From contig DCLA01000010.1 of assembly GCA_002320815.1 (NCBI GenBank), positions 95,991 to 159,990 on the forward strand: DNA of 64,000 nt, written 5' to 3'. The translations under genes and the position numbers were made by a program. This DNA is from Myxococcales bacterium UBA1660 (GTDB lineage: Bacteria; Myxococcota_A; Polyangia; Polyangiales; Houyiibacteriaceae). The notes under the pieces are model-generated. The model worked only from the letters and a program-made list of their open reading frames with translations. It had not been told where the DNA came from and ran no database searches. Within the stretch, counting starts at the first letter, position 1. Each line of letters opens with the position of its first letter. Shown piece by piece: positions 46,695 through 55,429 of the stretch.

Positions 46695-48260
46695 ATGACC
46701 CGGCCCATGCGCGTGCGACACGTTCCGATCGTGCTCGGCCTCCTGGCCGGGTCCACTGCCGTCAGCGCCCAGGGGGAACCACCGGCCGAGGCCGAGGAGA
46801 CCGCCCCCGCGGCCCCACCGACGGCGTCCCCCCAACCCGACTCGGCGGAGGTGGAGGCGGCCCTCCGGGAGCAGCTCGAGGCCCTCTCGGCGCCGGGCGG
46901 CCTCACCGCCGACCAGGCGGCCGAGCGCGCGGTGGCCACCGCGCCGTCGTTGAATCGCGCCGCGGCCGCCGTCGCCGCCGCGGAGGCCGGCGCCCGCCGG
47001 GCCTGGCAAGGTTTCTTCCCGCAGCTGGAGGTCAGCGCGCGCTACACGCGCCTGAGCCCCATCGATCAGCCCTCCTTCGGCGGCGCGCTGCTCAGCGACG
47101 AGGAGCTGGCGCTCTCCCGGGGCCTGGTGGCCAACGTGGACGACCCCGACGCCCAGGCGCTCTGGGCCGGGCTCCTGGACAGCTTCGGGAACTCCCAAAG
47201 CTTCGAGTTCCCGGTGATCCTGAACAACTACGTGCTGCGGGCGACCGCGACGCTGCCGGTGAGCGACCTGCTGCTCACCATCCTGCCCGGCTACCGCGCC
47301 GCCGAGGCGGCGGTCGAGGTGGCCGAGGCCCAGGCCGAGGCGGACCGGATCCTGGTCGCCCACCGGGCCCGGGAGACCTACTACCAGCTCGCGCGTGCCC
47401 GGGGCGCGCTGGTGGTGGCCGAGAAGGCCGTCGACCAGGTGACCGCGCACCGCGCCCGGATGGCCACCCTGGTGGAGGCCGGCGCCGCGGCTCCGGTCGA
47501 CCTCCTGCGCATCGAGGCCCAGCTCGCCCAGGCGCGGGTCGCCGTGGCGCGGAGCCAGGGCGGCGCACGCATGGCCGAGCGGGCGCTCCAGCTCCTGATG
47601 CACGAACCCGGCGCGGTGGGGCTGGGCGAGGACTTCGCCGAGACGGTCGACATGCCGGCCGAGAGCGTCGAGGCCTTGAGCCAGCGCGCGCTGCGGGACC
47701 GCCAGGAGCTGCAGACCCTGCGCTCGCTGGTCCGCGCCCGCGAGGCCGCCATCCGCGCGACCCTGGGTCGCCAGTATCCGCAGCTCCTGGTCCAGGGGAA
47801 CGTGGACGTAGCCAACCCCAACCAGCGGATCATCCCCCAGGTCGCCGAGTTCCGGACCACCTGGGACGTCTCCGTGATCCTCCGCTGGTCGCCCAACGAG
47901 ATGGGCGCCGCCCGGGCCCAGGCCGCCGAGGCCGAGGCCCAGCTCGCGCAGGCCCGGGAGGACATCGCCGCCCTCGGCGACGCCGTCCAGCTCGAGGTCT
48001 CCGAGGCACACACCTCGCTCGAGGCCGCGCTGGCGGCGCGCTCCGCGGCGCAGGTCGGTCTGGTGGCCGCCGAAGCCGAGCACCGGGTCCGGGTGACCCA
48101 GCTCGAGGCCGGCACGGCGGTGACCAGCGACCTCCTCGACGCCGAGACCGCCCTGACCCGGGCGCGCCTGGCGGTGGTCGACGCCGCCATCGAGGCCCAC
48201 CTCGCGCGCTGGCGCCTCACCCGCGCCGTCGGCGGGGTCAGGGCACCAGGGGGCAGTTGA
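46695..48260 (+). CDS. TolC-family outer membrane efflux protein
   Basis: The signal is 'MRVRHVPIVLGLLAGSTAVSAQ'. Two repeats of the OEP helical pattern are present ('FFPQLEVSARYTRLSP', 'YPQLLVQGNVDVANPN'). The start is at 46695 or 46707. Confidence 0.8.
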   Translation: MTRPMRVRHVPIVLGLLAGSTAVSAQGEPPAEAEETAPAAPPTASPQPDSAEVEAALREQLEALSAPGGLTADQAAERAVATAPSLNRAAAAVAAAEAGARRAWQGFFPQLEVSARYTRLSPIDQPSFGGALLSDEELALSRGLVANVDDPDAQALWAGLLDSFGNSQSFEFPVILNNYVLRATATLPVSDLLLTILPGYRAAEAAVEVAEAQAEADRILVAHRARETYYQLARARGALVVAEKAVDQVTAHRARMATLVEAGAAAPVDLLRIEAQLAQARVAVARSQGGARMAERALQLLMHEPGAVGLGEDFAETVDMPAESVEALSQRALRDRQELQTLRSLVRAREAAIRATLGRQYPQLLVQGNVDVANPNQRIIPQVAEFRTTWDVSVILRWSPNEMGAARAQAAEAEAQLAQAREDIAALGDAVQLEVSEAHTSLEAALAARSAAQVGLVAAEAEHRVRVTQLEAGTAVTSDLLDAETALTRARLAVVDAAIEAHLARWRLTRAVGGVRAPGGS

Positions 48261-49218
48261 TCAGCGCATCGGTCTCTTCGTAGGCGACCACCCGGCCCGC
48301 GATCGGCGTGATGGCGTAGGTCGCGGCGTCCACGTCGAACATGTCGTGGGCGTCGCGGTAGTCGGCCATGGTCTGGTCCATCGCGGTGTCGATGCTGGCG
48401 TAGTCGCTGGGCACGGTGACGGTGACCATGCGCCAGAGCGGCGTGTACTCCACGCTGTCGAGGCCCACCCCGAAGACGTTGTTGGAGTCGACCATGTCGC
48501 CGTCGCCGGTGAGGTCGACCATGGCCATCGCCTCGGACAGCGGCGCGTCCTCGCCATCGCGGGTCAGCACGTAGACGTTGCGGATGAGCACCTCGCCCTC
48601 GGTGGTGCCGAGCTCACCGAGGCCCAAGCGGCCGGTCCCGGCGCCGAAGAGCATGCACTCCGCGCGCATGTCCCGGACGTACACCGGGCGGGGGCCGCGG
48701 GTCCCGCCGTCGGCGGTCTCCACCGTCGCGTCCGGCGCCACGATGGGGCAGTTGAGGTAGGCGTTGCGCTCCGAGAGGGTGGCCAGCCCGTCGGCGGCCG
48801 CGTCCTCGACGGCGTCCCAGGAGCCGAGGATCTCTCCGGCGTAGCTGCCGCTCACCTGCACCTCGGTGACCTTGCCGAAGGCGCTGAACCCCGGCTCGCC
48901 GGGCAGGTGCTCGAAGACCAGGGGGTGGTCCAGGAGCGCGCATTCGCCGTCGGTCTCCCGGCAGAGCACGGCGACCCGCTGCGGGGTGGCGATGCTGTTG
49001 GGCATGGGCCAGTAGCGCTGGGGCTCGCCGTCGACGAAGCCGTGCAGGATCGGCACGGTGCCCTCGACCCCGTCCTCGGTGGCGACGGTCGCGGCCAGGG
49101 CGGCGTCGGCCTCGGCCACGGTGGGCAAGACCGTGCCGGCCGGTTGGTACGCCCCGGAGCCCTCGCCGCAGGCGAGGAGGGCGAAGGAGGCGAGGAAGAG
49201 CGGGAAGCGAAGAGACAT
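48238..49218 (-). CDS. Lipoprotein, unknown function
   Basis: ATG at 49218 gives 'MSLRFPLFLASFALLACGEG' (lipobox). Good GC3. It overlaps the TolC gene 3' end convergently by 23 nt. Confidence 0.7.
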   Translation of the reverse strand: MSLRFPLFLASFALLACGEGSGAYQPAGTVLPTVAEADAALAATVATEDGVEGTVPILHGFVDGEPQRYWPMPNSIATPQRVAVLCRETDGECALLDHPLVFEHLPGEPGFSAFGKVTEVQVSGSYAGEILGSWDAVEDAAADGLATLSERNAYLNCPIVAPDATVETADGGTRGPRPVYVRDMRAECMLFGAGTGRLGLGELGTTEGEVLIRNVYVLTRDGEDAPLSEAMAMVDLTGDGDMVDSNNVFGVGLDSVEYTPLWRMVTVTVPSDYASIDTAMDQTMADYRDAHDMFDVDAATYAITPIAGRVVAYEETDALINCPLVP

Positions 49219-49294
49219 CGCACGAGCGTACCGCGCGACCCCGGCGCGCGTTAGCCTCCCCGACCGTGAGCGCGAAGCGGAAGGAGACTCGGCG

Positions 49295-49675
49295 ATGGTC
49301 GTGGTGAGCGCAGCGGTGATCTTCCACGAGGGCCGGGTGCTGATGACCCAACGCCCGGCGAAGACCCACCTGGCCGGCAAGTGGGAGTTCCCCGGCGGCA
49401 AGGTGGAGAGGGGCGAGGACCCCCGGGACACGGCGGTCCGCGAGCTGCGCGAAGAGTGCGGCATCACCATCGAGGTCCAGGACATCCTCGAGGTCTCCTT
49501 CCACGCCTACCCGGAGAAGGACGTGCTCCTCCTCTTCTACGAGGGGCGCTGGGTCTCCGGCGAAGTACAGCACCTCGGGGTCGCCGACCACCGCTGGGTG
49601 GAGCCGGGCCGCATCGGTGAACTCGACCTGCCGCCGGCCGACGCCCCGCTGGTGGCCAAGCTCGCCGCCCGCTGA
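49295..49675 (+). CDS. mutT: NUDIX hydrolase, MutT-like 8-oxo-dGTP diphosphatase
   Basis: AAGGAG at 49281-49286 precedes ATG 49295. The Nudix box is 'GKWEFPGGKVERGEDPRDTAVRELREECGI'. Confidence 0.85.
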   Translation: MVVVSAAVIFHEGRVLMTQRPAKTHLAGKWEFPGGKVERGEDPRDTAVRELREECGITIEVQDILEVSFHAYPEKDVLLLFYEGRWVSGEVQHLGVADHRWVEPGRIGELDLPPADAPLVAKLAAR

Positions 49676-50125
49676 TCAGCAGCCGTCGATGGTCCAGAGC
49701 TCGGCGTCGGCGCAGGGCTGCCAGCCCTGGACATCGAAGAGGTTCCGGCCCCCGCCGACGCTGATCCCCGTCGTCGGCGTCCACACCTGGAAGGAGGGGT
49801 CCGCGACCGACTCCATGCAGCCGGCGGCGGTGTTGCCGATCACCTCGGTGTCCGCCGCGTGGCAGAGGGCGACGACGTCGCGATCCTCGTAGCAGGCGTT
49901 CGCGGCGTCGATCGGCTTGGCGGTGATGGCGGTGCAGCCCGCTGGGCAACTCCGCGCTTCGCCGACTCCGACGGGCGCGCAGGGGTCGGCGGGGCCCTGG
50001 TCGACCGGCGTCGCCGCGTCCGCCACGCCGCCGTCGTCGATCATGGTCCCATCCCCCGGGTCGTCGCCGTCGTCCCCTCCGCAGGCGGTGAACAGGAGCG
50101 AGGCGAGGAGGGCGAGGCGGCGCAT
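49676..50125 (-). CDS. Cys-rich lipoprotein
   Basis: 'MRRLALLASLLFTACGGDDGDD' is a lipobox signal. Eight further Cys residues follow. Confidence 0.7.
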   Translation of the reverse strand: MRRLALLASLLFTACGGDDGDDPGDGTMIDDGGVADAATPVDQGPADPCAPVGVGEARSCPAGCTAITAKPIDAANACYEDRDVVALCHAADTEVIGNTAAGCMESVADPSFQVWTPTTGISVGGGRNLFDVQGWQPCADAELWTIDGC

Positions 50126-50172
50126 ACCCCCTCTGTCGGGTGAATGCGCCGGCCGTCAATCCTCGGGGGCGC

Positions 50173-50769
50173 TCAGGCGAGCGTACGAACCGCGGGGGCG
50201 TCCTCGACCCGCAGGCGCGCGGTCAGCGGCTGTCGGGTCCCGGCCTCCTCCCGCTCGATGACCAGCACGGCCTCGGCGCCATACACGGCGCGGGCTGCGG
50301 CTTCGAGGACGGGGACGAAGGCGGTGAAGGCGTCGTCGTCGTTGGGGGCGTGGAGGCGGTCGGGGACCCGCACCAGGACCTCGGTGGCCGAGAACTCGAG
50401 GCCGTCCTCCTCCAAGTCGGCGCAGGCCCGGAGGGCGCGCTTCAGGGCGTCGGTGAGCCGGGTTTCGAGGTCCCCCTCGAAGGCGCGCTTGCGCGCGAAG
50501 AGCAGGCCCGGGCGGTCCTCGCCGAGGTCGTAGTAGAGGTCCACCCCGTGGCCCACGAGGAGGATCCCCGGACCGCGCCACACGTGGGTGTAGTCGGTCA
50601 CGTCGATCAGCAGCTCGTCGGGCACCTTGGCCTCGCGGATCCAGCGATGGAACACGGGCACGAGGTCGTGGGGATCGGCGGCGGCCTTGCTCGCGAAGAG
50701 CTTCACCTGGACGCGCTCGGCGCGCGAGATGTCGGTCTGGGTCATGACGGTCGATTCCTTCGCGATCAC
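50173..50769 (-). CDS. Hypothetical protein co-transcribed with sulfite reductase
   Basis: GTG at 50769 overlaps the sir stop (GTGA); an alternative ATG lies at 50745. Balanced composition ('FHRWIREAKVPDELLIDVTDYTHVWRGPGILLVGHG'). Confidence 0.6.
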   Translation of the reverse strand: MIAKESTVMTQTDISRAERVQVKLFASKAAADPHDLVPVFHRWIREAKVPDELLIDVTDYTHVWRGPGILLVGHGVDLYYDLGEDRPGLLFARKRAFEGDLETRLTDALKRALRACADLEEDGLEFSATEVLVRVPDRLHAPNDDDAFTAFVPVLEAAARAVYGAEAVLVIEREEAGTRQPLTARLRVEDAPAVRTLA

Positions 50770-53075
50770 TCGGCGGGGGCCGCGGCGGCGGACGCCTTGG
50801 GGGCAGGGGGCGGGGTGAGCTGCGGGGTCTCGCCGATCCGGGCGTAGGCCGCGTGGGTGGCCTCGACGAAGAGTCGGGCCTCATCGATGACCCGGTGGGC
50901 CGCTTCGGCGTCGGCGCCGGTCCAGAACTCCTCGTCACCGGCCGCGTGGGCCTTGAGGAGGTAGGTCGCGAACTTCCCGCCCGCGAAGGGATCGTGGAAG
51001 AGCCCGGTGTCGTGCAGGTGCTCCCGGAAGAGCGTCACGATGTCGTCGGCCTCGTCGCGGACCTCGTGGCCGAGGTGCCGCACCAGGGCCTGGGCCGCGG
51101 TGAGCATCGAGCGCAGCGCCTGCGAGGCGGCCTTGCCGTGCTCGCCGACGTCGTGGAGGTCCTGGGCCTGGTCGAGCTGCTGCTCGGCGGCCTGGATACC
51201 GAACTCGACGAAGGGCACCACCTCGCCGGCGCACTCGCCGATCCCGAGGTCCCCGATGGTGTACTCGCGGGGGTCGCCCCAGTCGCTGTAGTAGCTGGGG
51301 TCCTCTTCGTAGCTGGGGGGCTTGGTGATGGGCGCCAGGAGCTTCCGGACCTCGCCCTTGCCGATGCGCTTGATGAAGGCCTGGAAGGACTCGTCCTCCT
51401 GGCGGTCGGCGACGAACTTGGCGGTGATGAGTTCCACCGCCTGGGGCACGTTCTTCGAGGGCACCGCGCCGACGACCATGCCGTAGGACTTGGCGTTCTC
51501 GGTCCACTGGCCGCCGAGGACCACGTTGAAGTGCGGGACCTTGCGGCCGCCGACGTTGCGGCTCACGCCGAGGAAGCCGAGGTCGGCCACGTGGTGCTGG
51601 CCGCAGCTGTTGAAGCAGCCGCTGGCCTTGATGCGCAGGGGCTTCACCGCCGGGTCGAGCTGGTCGCGGATGACCGTGAGGTGCTTCCGGAGTTCGCCGG
51701 CGAGGCCGCGGCTGGCGCTGATTCCCAGCTTGCAGGTGTCCGTGCCGGGGCACGAGGTGACGTCGTTGATGGTGCTCGCGCCCGCCTGGGCGAGGCCCAT
51801 GGTGTCGAGGGCCTCCCAGAAGGCGACGGCGTCCGCCCCGCTGAGCCAGCGGAAGGCCAGGTTCTGCTCGACGGTCGCGCGGATGGAGTCCCCGGTGTAC
51901 TTCCGCGCCAGGTCGGCCAGGAGCCACCCCTGCTCGGAGCTGATGTCGCCGAGGGGCAGGGTGAGGGTGGCGACGAAGTAGCCCTCCTGGACCTGCGGGC
52001 GGAGGTTGGTCTTCGCCCACTCGTGGAAGCGAGGCGGCGCGGCCTCGGGGAGGGCGCCGCCGTCGCGGATCGGGTTCTCGATCGGCCCGTGCAGGGTGTC
52101 CAGGAAGTCGGTCCAGCGGGGGTCGTCCCGGAGCTGCGCGCGCTCCTCGGCGACGAGCTCCCGGAAGCGCTCGATGCCCTCCTTCTGGATCAGGAACTTG
52201 ATGCGGGCGCGGGCCCGGCTCTGCTTCTCGCCCAGGCGCGCGAAGACGCGGCACACCGCCTGCGACACCGGGAGGAGCTCCTCCTCGGGGCAGAAGTCCA
52301 TGAGGATCTTGGCCTCGACCGGCACCGCGCCCAGGCCCCCGCCGACCACGAGCTGGAAACCGCGCTTGCCGTCCTTCAGGACCGCGGTGGCGCCGAGGTC
52401 GTGGAAGGTCACCAGGCCACAGGGCTCGCCGTGGCAGCCGCTGAAGGCGATCTTGAACTTGCGGCCGAAGTCCTGGACGTCCGGGTGGCCCAGGAGGAAC
52501 TGGGTGAGGGCGTCGGCGTAGGGGGTGACGTCGAAGCTCTCGGTGTTGCACACGCCGGCGAACTGGCAGGCGGTCACGTTGCGCACGCTGTTGCCGCAGG
52601 CTTCGCGGGTGGTGATCCCGCAGGCGGCCAGCCGCCGGTGCATGTCCACGGTGTCTTCCACGTGGACGAAGTGGAGCTGGATGTCCTGGCGGGTGGTGAC
52701 GTGGAGGATCCGGTCCGAGTACTCCTCGGCGAGGTCGCTCATCACGTCGAGCTGTTCGGCGGTGATCCGGCCGTAGGGGATCTTGATGCGCTGCATGCCC
52801 GGGGCGTCGAAGACGGTGTCCGGGCCTTTCTTGAGGTCCCCACAGGGGAACTCGAGGGGCTTCTGGCCGGTGCCGTCGTCGCGCAGGCCGTTGTCGTAGC
52901 GCTGACCGTACACGCCCCGCCGGAGCCGCGTCTCCGCGAAGATGCGGTCGTCCATGCCGGGACCCTTCTTCAGCTCGATCTGCGCCTCCCAGGCGTCGAT
53001 CTCCTCGCCGAGGGGGGCGGGGATGGCCTCGCCCAGGGTCGACTTCCAGCTTCGCTCGCTCATCGCTTCCTCCAT
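50766..53075 (-). CDS. Sulfite (nitrite/sulfite) reductase hemoprotein with a helical C-terminal extension of about 200 aa
   Basis: The siroheme/4Fe-4S cysteines are 'TSCPGTDTCKLG' and 'ASGCFNSCGQHH'. The duplicated NIR_SIR/ferredoxin-like halves are present. The overlapping 769-aa plus-strand and 788-aa minus-strand track ORFs are artefacts. Confidence 0.88.
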   Translation of the reverse strand: MEEAMSERSWKSTLGEAIPAPLGEEIDAWEAQIELKKGPGMDDRIFAETRLRRGVYGQRYDNGLRDDGTGQKPLEFPCGDLKKGPDTVFDAPGMQRIKIPYGRITAEQLDVMSDLAEEYSDRILHVTTRQDIQLHFVHVEDTVDMHRRLAACGITTREACGNSVRNVTACQFAGVCNTESFDVTPYADALTQFLLGHPDVQDFGRKFKIAFSGCHGEPCGLVTFHDLGATAVLKDGKRGFQLVVGGGLGAVPVEAKILMDFCPEEELLPVSQAVCRVFARLGEKQSRARARIKFLIQKEGIERFRELVAEERAQLRDDPRWTDFLDTLHGPIENPIRDGGALPEAAPPRFHEWAKTNLRPQVQEGYFVATLTLPLGDISSEQGWLLADLARKYTGDSIRATVEQNLAFRWLSGADAVAFWEALDTMGLAQAGASTINDVTSCPGTDTCKLGISASRGLAGELRKHLTVIRDQLDPAVKPLRIKASGCFNSCGQHHVADLGFLGVSRNVGGRKVPHFNVVLGGQWTENAKSYGMVVGAVPSKNVPQAVELITAKFVADRQEDESFQAFIKRIGKGEVRKLLAPITKPPSYEEDPSYYSDWGDPREYTIGDLGIGECAGEVVPFVEFGIQAAEQQLDQAQDLHDVGEHGKAASQALRSMLTAAQALVRHLGHEVRDEADDIVTLFREHLHDTGLFHDPFAGGKFATYLLKAHAAGDEEFWTGADAEAAHRVIDEARLFVEATHAAYARIGETPQLTPPPAPKASAAAAPAE

Positions 53076-53226
53076 GGGACGGAAGCCCTCGCTTCCGCTG
53101 AGGCGCAGTTAGGCAGCGGCGGAAGCTATAGTCAAGCTGAGAGGGCAAGAATAGGCGTGTAGTCCGGAAAATGACGAGGAATAGCCGCATTTGTACCACA
53201 CCCAATGAGTAAAGAAATAAACCTTC

Positions 53227-53255
53227 TTGACACCCCCCGCGGCTAGAGCTAGCTA
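53227..53255 (+). promoter_or_regulatory. Putative promoter of the tRNA Gln-Glu-Glu cluster
   Basis: TTGACA (53227-53232), a 17-nt spacer, then TAGCTA (53250-53255), within the only AT-rich intergenic stretch of the window. The -10 match is weak. Confidence 0.3.
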
Positions 53256-53309
53256 GTGCGTCCCGCAACGGCGGGGGCGACGAGGAAACACCGACTCGCA
53301 TCGTTCTTT

Positions 53310-53380
53310 TCGGGGATCGTCTAACGGCAGGACTCCAGATTCTGGTTCTGGCTATCTAGGTTCGAATCCTAGTCCCCGAG
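53310..53380 (+). tRNA. tRNA-Gln (anticodon CTG)
   Basis: The acceptor is TCGGGGA/TCCCCGA (U1:A72). The anticodon arm is CCAGA-TTCTGGT-TCTGG. The T arm is CTAGG-TTCGAAT-CCTAG. Confidence 0.9.
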
Positions 53381-53409
53381 CAAAGTAGCCGGCTTCGGCC
53401 GGCGCCCAC

Positions 53410-53481
53410 GGCCCCATCGTCTAGCGGTTAGGACATCGGCCTCTCACGCCGGTAACGGGAGTTCGAGTCTCCCTGGGGTCA
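53410..53481 (+). tRNA. tRNA-Glu (anticodon CTC), copy 1
   Basis: The sequence begins 'GGCCCCATCGTCTAGCGGTTAGGAC'. The anticodon arm is TCGGC-CTCTCAC-GCCGG. The T arm is GGGAG-TTCGAGT-CTCCC. It is followed by 'ccg', so CCA is incomplete. Confidence 0.9.
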
Positions 53482-53545
53482 CCGAGTCTGCGGATGCAGA
53501 CGCGAACATAGGTCGGTCGCACGCGGCCGACCGGGTAGCACACCC

Positions 53546-53620
53546 GGCCCCATCGTCTAGCGGTTAGGACATCGGCCTCTCACGCCGGTAACGGGAGTTC
53601 GAGTCTCCCTGGGGTCACCA
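53546..53620 (+). tRNA. tRNA-Glu (anticodon CTC), copy 2 (identical body, CCA encoded)
   Basis: Identical to copy 1 across the mature tRNA, offset by 136 bp, and ends ...GGGGTCACCA. Confidence 0.9.
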
Positions 53621-53623
53621 AAG

Positions 53624-53654
53624 AAGCCCGCTCCACATCGGAGCGGGCTTTTTT
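53624..53654 (+). terminator. Rho-independent terminator of the tRNA cluster
   Basis: GCCCGCTCC-acatc-GGAGCGGGC followed by TTTTTT. Confidence 0.85.
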
Positions 53655-53702
53655 CATGCGGACGGGGATGGGGACGGGCGCCGGCCGCTCCCGTCGCAGC
53701 CG

Positions 53703-54098
53703 TCAGTTCAGCGTGTGAGGCATCGCCAGCGCGAAGGGCGCGATCGCCACGTCGACCAGCTCGCCATCGGGTCGACGCATCTGGTAGCTGCCGCGCATCT
53801 CGCCGCGCGGGGTCTTGAGGACCGCGCCGCTGGTGTACTCGAAGGCCTCGCCGCGGGAGAGTCGCGGGTGCTCGCCCACCACGCCGGGGCCGCGCACCTC
53901 TTCCTCGTGGCCCATCTGGTCGCGGATGATCCAGTGGCGGGTCTCCAGGTGCATGGGCTCCGGGGAGCTCTCGTTGTGGATGACTACGCGATACGCGAAC
54001 ACGTAGCGACCCACCGCCGGCTCGGAGTGTTCGGCGACGTATTGGCTCTGCACGGTCACGCGGATGCCCTCGGTGAGGGCGCTCGATTCGGTCTCCAC
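53703..54098 (-). CDS. apaG: ApaG (DUF525) protein
   Basis: 'ALTEGIRVTVQSQYVAEHSEPAVGRYVFAYRVVIHNES...HWIIRDQMGHEEEVRGPGVVGEHPRL' is the ApaG pattern. The GTG at 54098 is preferred over the ATG at 54170, which would overlap the divergent mpg start region. Confidence 0.8.
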   Translation of the reverse strand: METESSALTEGIRVTVQSQYVAEHSEPAVGRYVFAYRVVIHNESSPEPMHLETRHWIIRDQMGHEEEVRGPGVVGEHPRLSRGEAFEYTSGAVLKTPRGEMRGSYQMRRPDGELVDVAIAPFALAMPHTLN

Positions 54099-54135
54099 CA
54101 CGGCGAGGGATCTACCACGTGCTATCCCGGCGTGC

Positions 54136-54759
54136 GTGCGACTTCGGCAGTCCTTCTTCGCGCGCGACACCCTGGTCGTGGCGCGGGCGCTCCTGGGTCA
54201 GGAGCTGCGGCATGGGCCCGTGCGGCTTCGGATCACCGAGACCGAGGCGTACACCGCCGACGACTCCGCCTGCCACGCGCACCGGGGCCGCACGAAGCGC
54301 AGCGCGGTGATGTTCGGTCCGCCCGGGCGGGCCTACGTCTACCTCTGCTACGGCATCCACCAGATGTTGAACATCGTGACCGAGCCGGCCGAGCGGGCGG
54401 CCGCCGTCCTGGTCCGCGCCTGCGAGCCGCTGGCCGGCCTCGACCTCGTCCGCGAGCGGCGCGGCGGCAAGGCGGGGCCGGTGCTCCTCACCGGCCCGGG
54501 CAAGGTCGGCGCGGCGCTGGCCCTGGACACCTCCTGGACCGGCCATCCCCTCTACGCCGCGGGCGGCCTCGAGGCGCACGTCGGCGACGCGCCCGCGGCC
54601 ATCCTCCGCGGACCGCGGGTGGGCATCGACTACGCGGAGCCGGCCGATCGCGACGCCCCCTGGCGCTTCGCCATCGCCGGCTCCCGCTGGGTCAGCCAGC
54701 GAGCCTCGCTCCGGCCGGAGACCGAAGCCGAGACCCGGGCCGCTCAGGCCGCGCTCTGA
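54136..54759 (+). CDS. mpg: DNA-3-methyladenine glycosylase (AAG/Mpg family)
   Basis: 'ITETEAYTADDSACHAHRGRTKRSAVMFGPPGRAYVYLCYGIHQMLNIV'. The start is assigned to GTG 54136 ('VRLRQSFFARDTLVVAR'). Confidence 0.85.
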   Translation: MRLRQSFFARDTLVVARALLGQELRHGPVRLRITETEAYTADDSACHAHRGRTKRSAVMFGPPGRAYVYLCYGIHQMLNIVTEPAERAAAVLVRACEPLAGLDLVRERRGGKAGPVLLTGPGKVGAALALDTSWTGHPLYAAGGLEAHVGDAPAAILRGPRVGIDYAEPADRDAPWRFAIAGSRWVSQRASLRPETEAETRAAQAAL

Positions 54760-55289
54760 TCCCAGGCGCCCTTGATCCGCTTGAAGGCCTCGATGCCCTC
54801 GGCGGTCAGGTCGAGCGCGCCGGCCTCGACGAGCTTCTCGTGCACGGCCTTGGGGTCGCGATCCCAGCCCTTGGGGAGGTCCAGGCGCACGTTGAGCGGC
54901 ACGCCGCCGAGCTGCCCTTGCTCTTCGAGGCCCCACACCGCCTCGGCGGCCAGGAACTGGCCGGCGACGGTGCGCACCGGACCGTCGAGGTGGGCGGCGA
55001 GCGGGAAGACGTCGTAGAGACCGACCACGCCGTCGTCGAGCGAGAGCGCCTTGCGCAGCGCACCGAAGGCGGCGGGCGAGATGGGCAGCTCGACCAGGTC
55101 CAGCCCGGCCATGGGCTCGCTCCCGGCGGACACGTACGCGCGCTCCATGGCGTCGCCGTGGCTACGGGTGACCGCCGCGGGACGAGCGCCGCTGTCCAGC
55201 AGCGCGGTCACGACGAGGAAGGGGCGCGGGTCGCGCTTCTCGCTGTCGGGGGTCGGGCTCTCGGTGGTCTCGTTGGCGGCGTCTTGCAT
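54744..55289 (-). CDS. Hypothetical protein
   Basis: 181-aa ORF with good GC3 and balanced composition. It overlaps mpg convergently by 16 nt. No motif recognised. Confidence 0.55.
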   Translation of the reverse strand: MQDAANETTESPTPDSEKRDPRPFLVVTALLDSGARPAAVTRSHGDAMERAYVSAGSEPMAGLDLVELPISPAAFGALRKALSLDDGVVGLYDVFPLAAHLDGPVRTVAGQFLAAEAVWGLEEQGQLGGVPLNVRLDLPKGWDRDPKAVHEKLVEAGALDLTAEGIEAFKRIKGAWDQSAA

Positions 55290-55429
55290 GATGGCTCCAA
55301 GGGGGGCGCGCGGGTCGGGGGACCTCGGGGCGCGCGAAGGGCGGGAACATACATCGCCGATCGCGCGGCGCCAACGGACGCGATCGCGCGATGCGCATGG
55401 GCGACGCGCGTGCTAAGGGCTGCGCCGCG

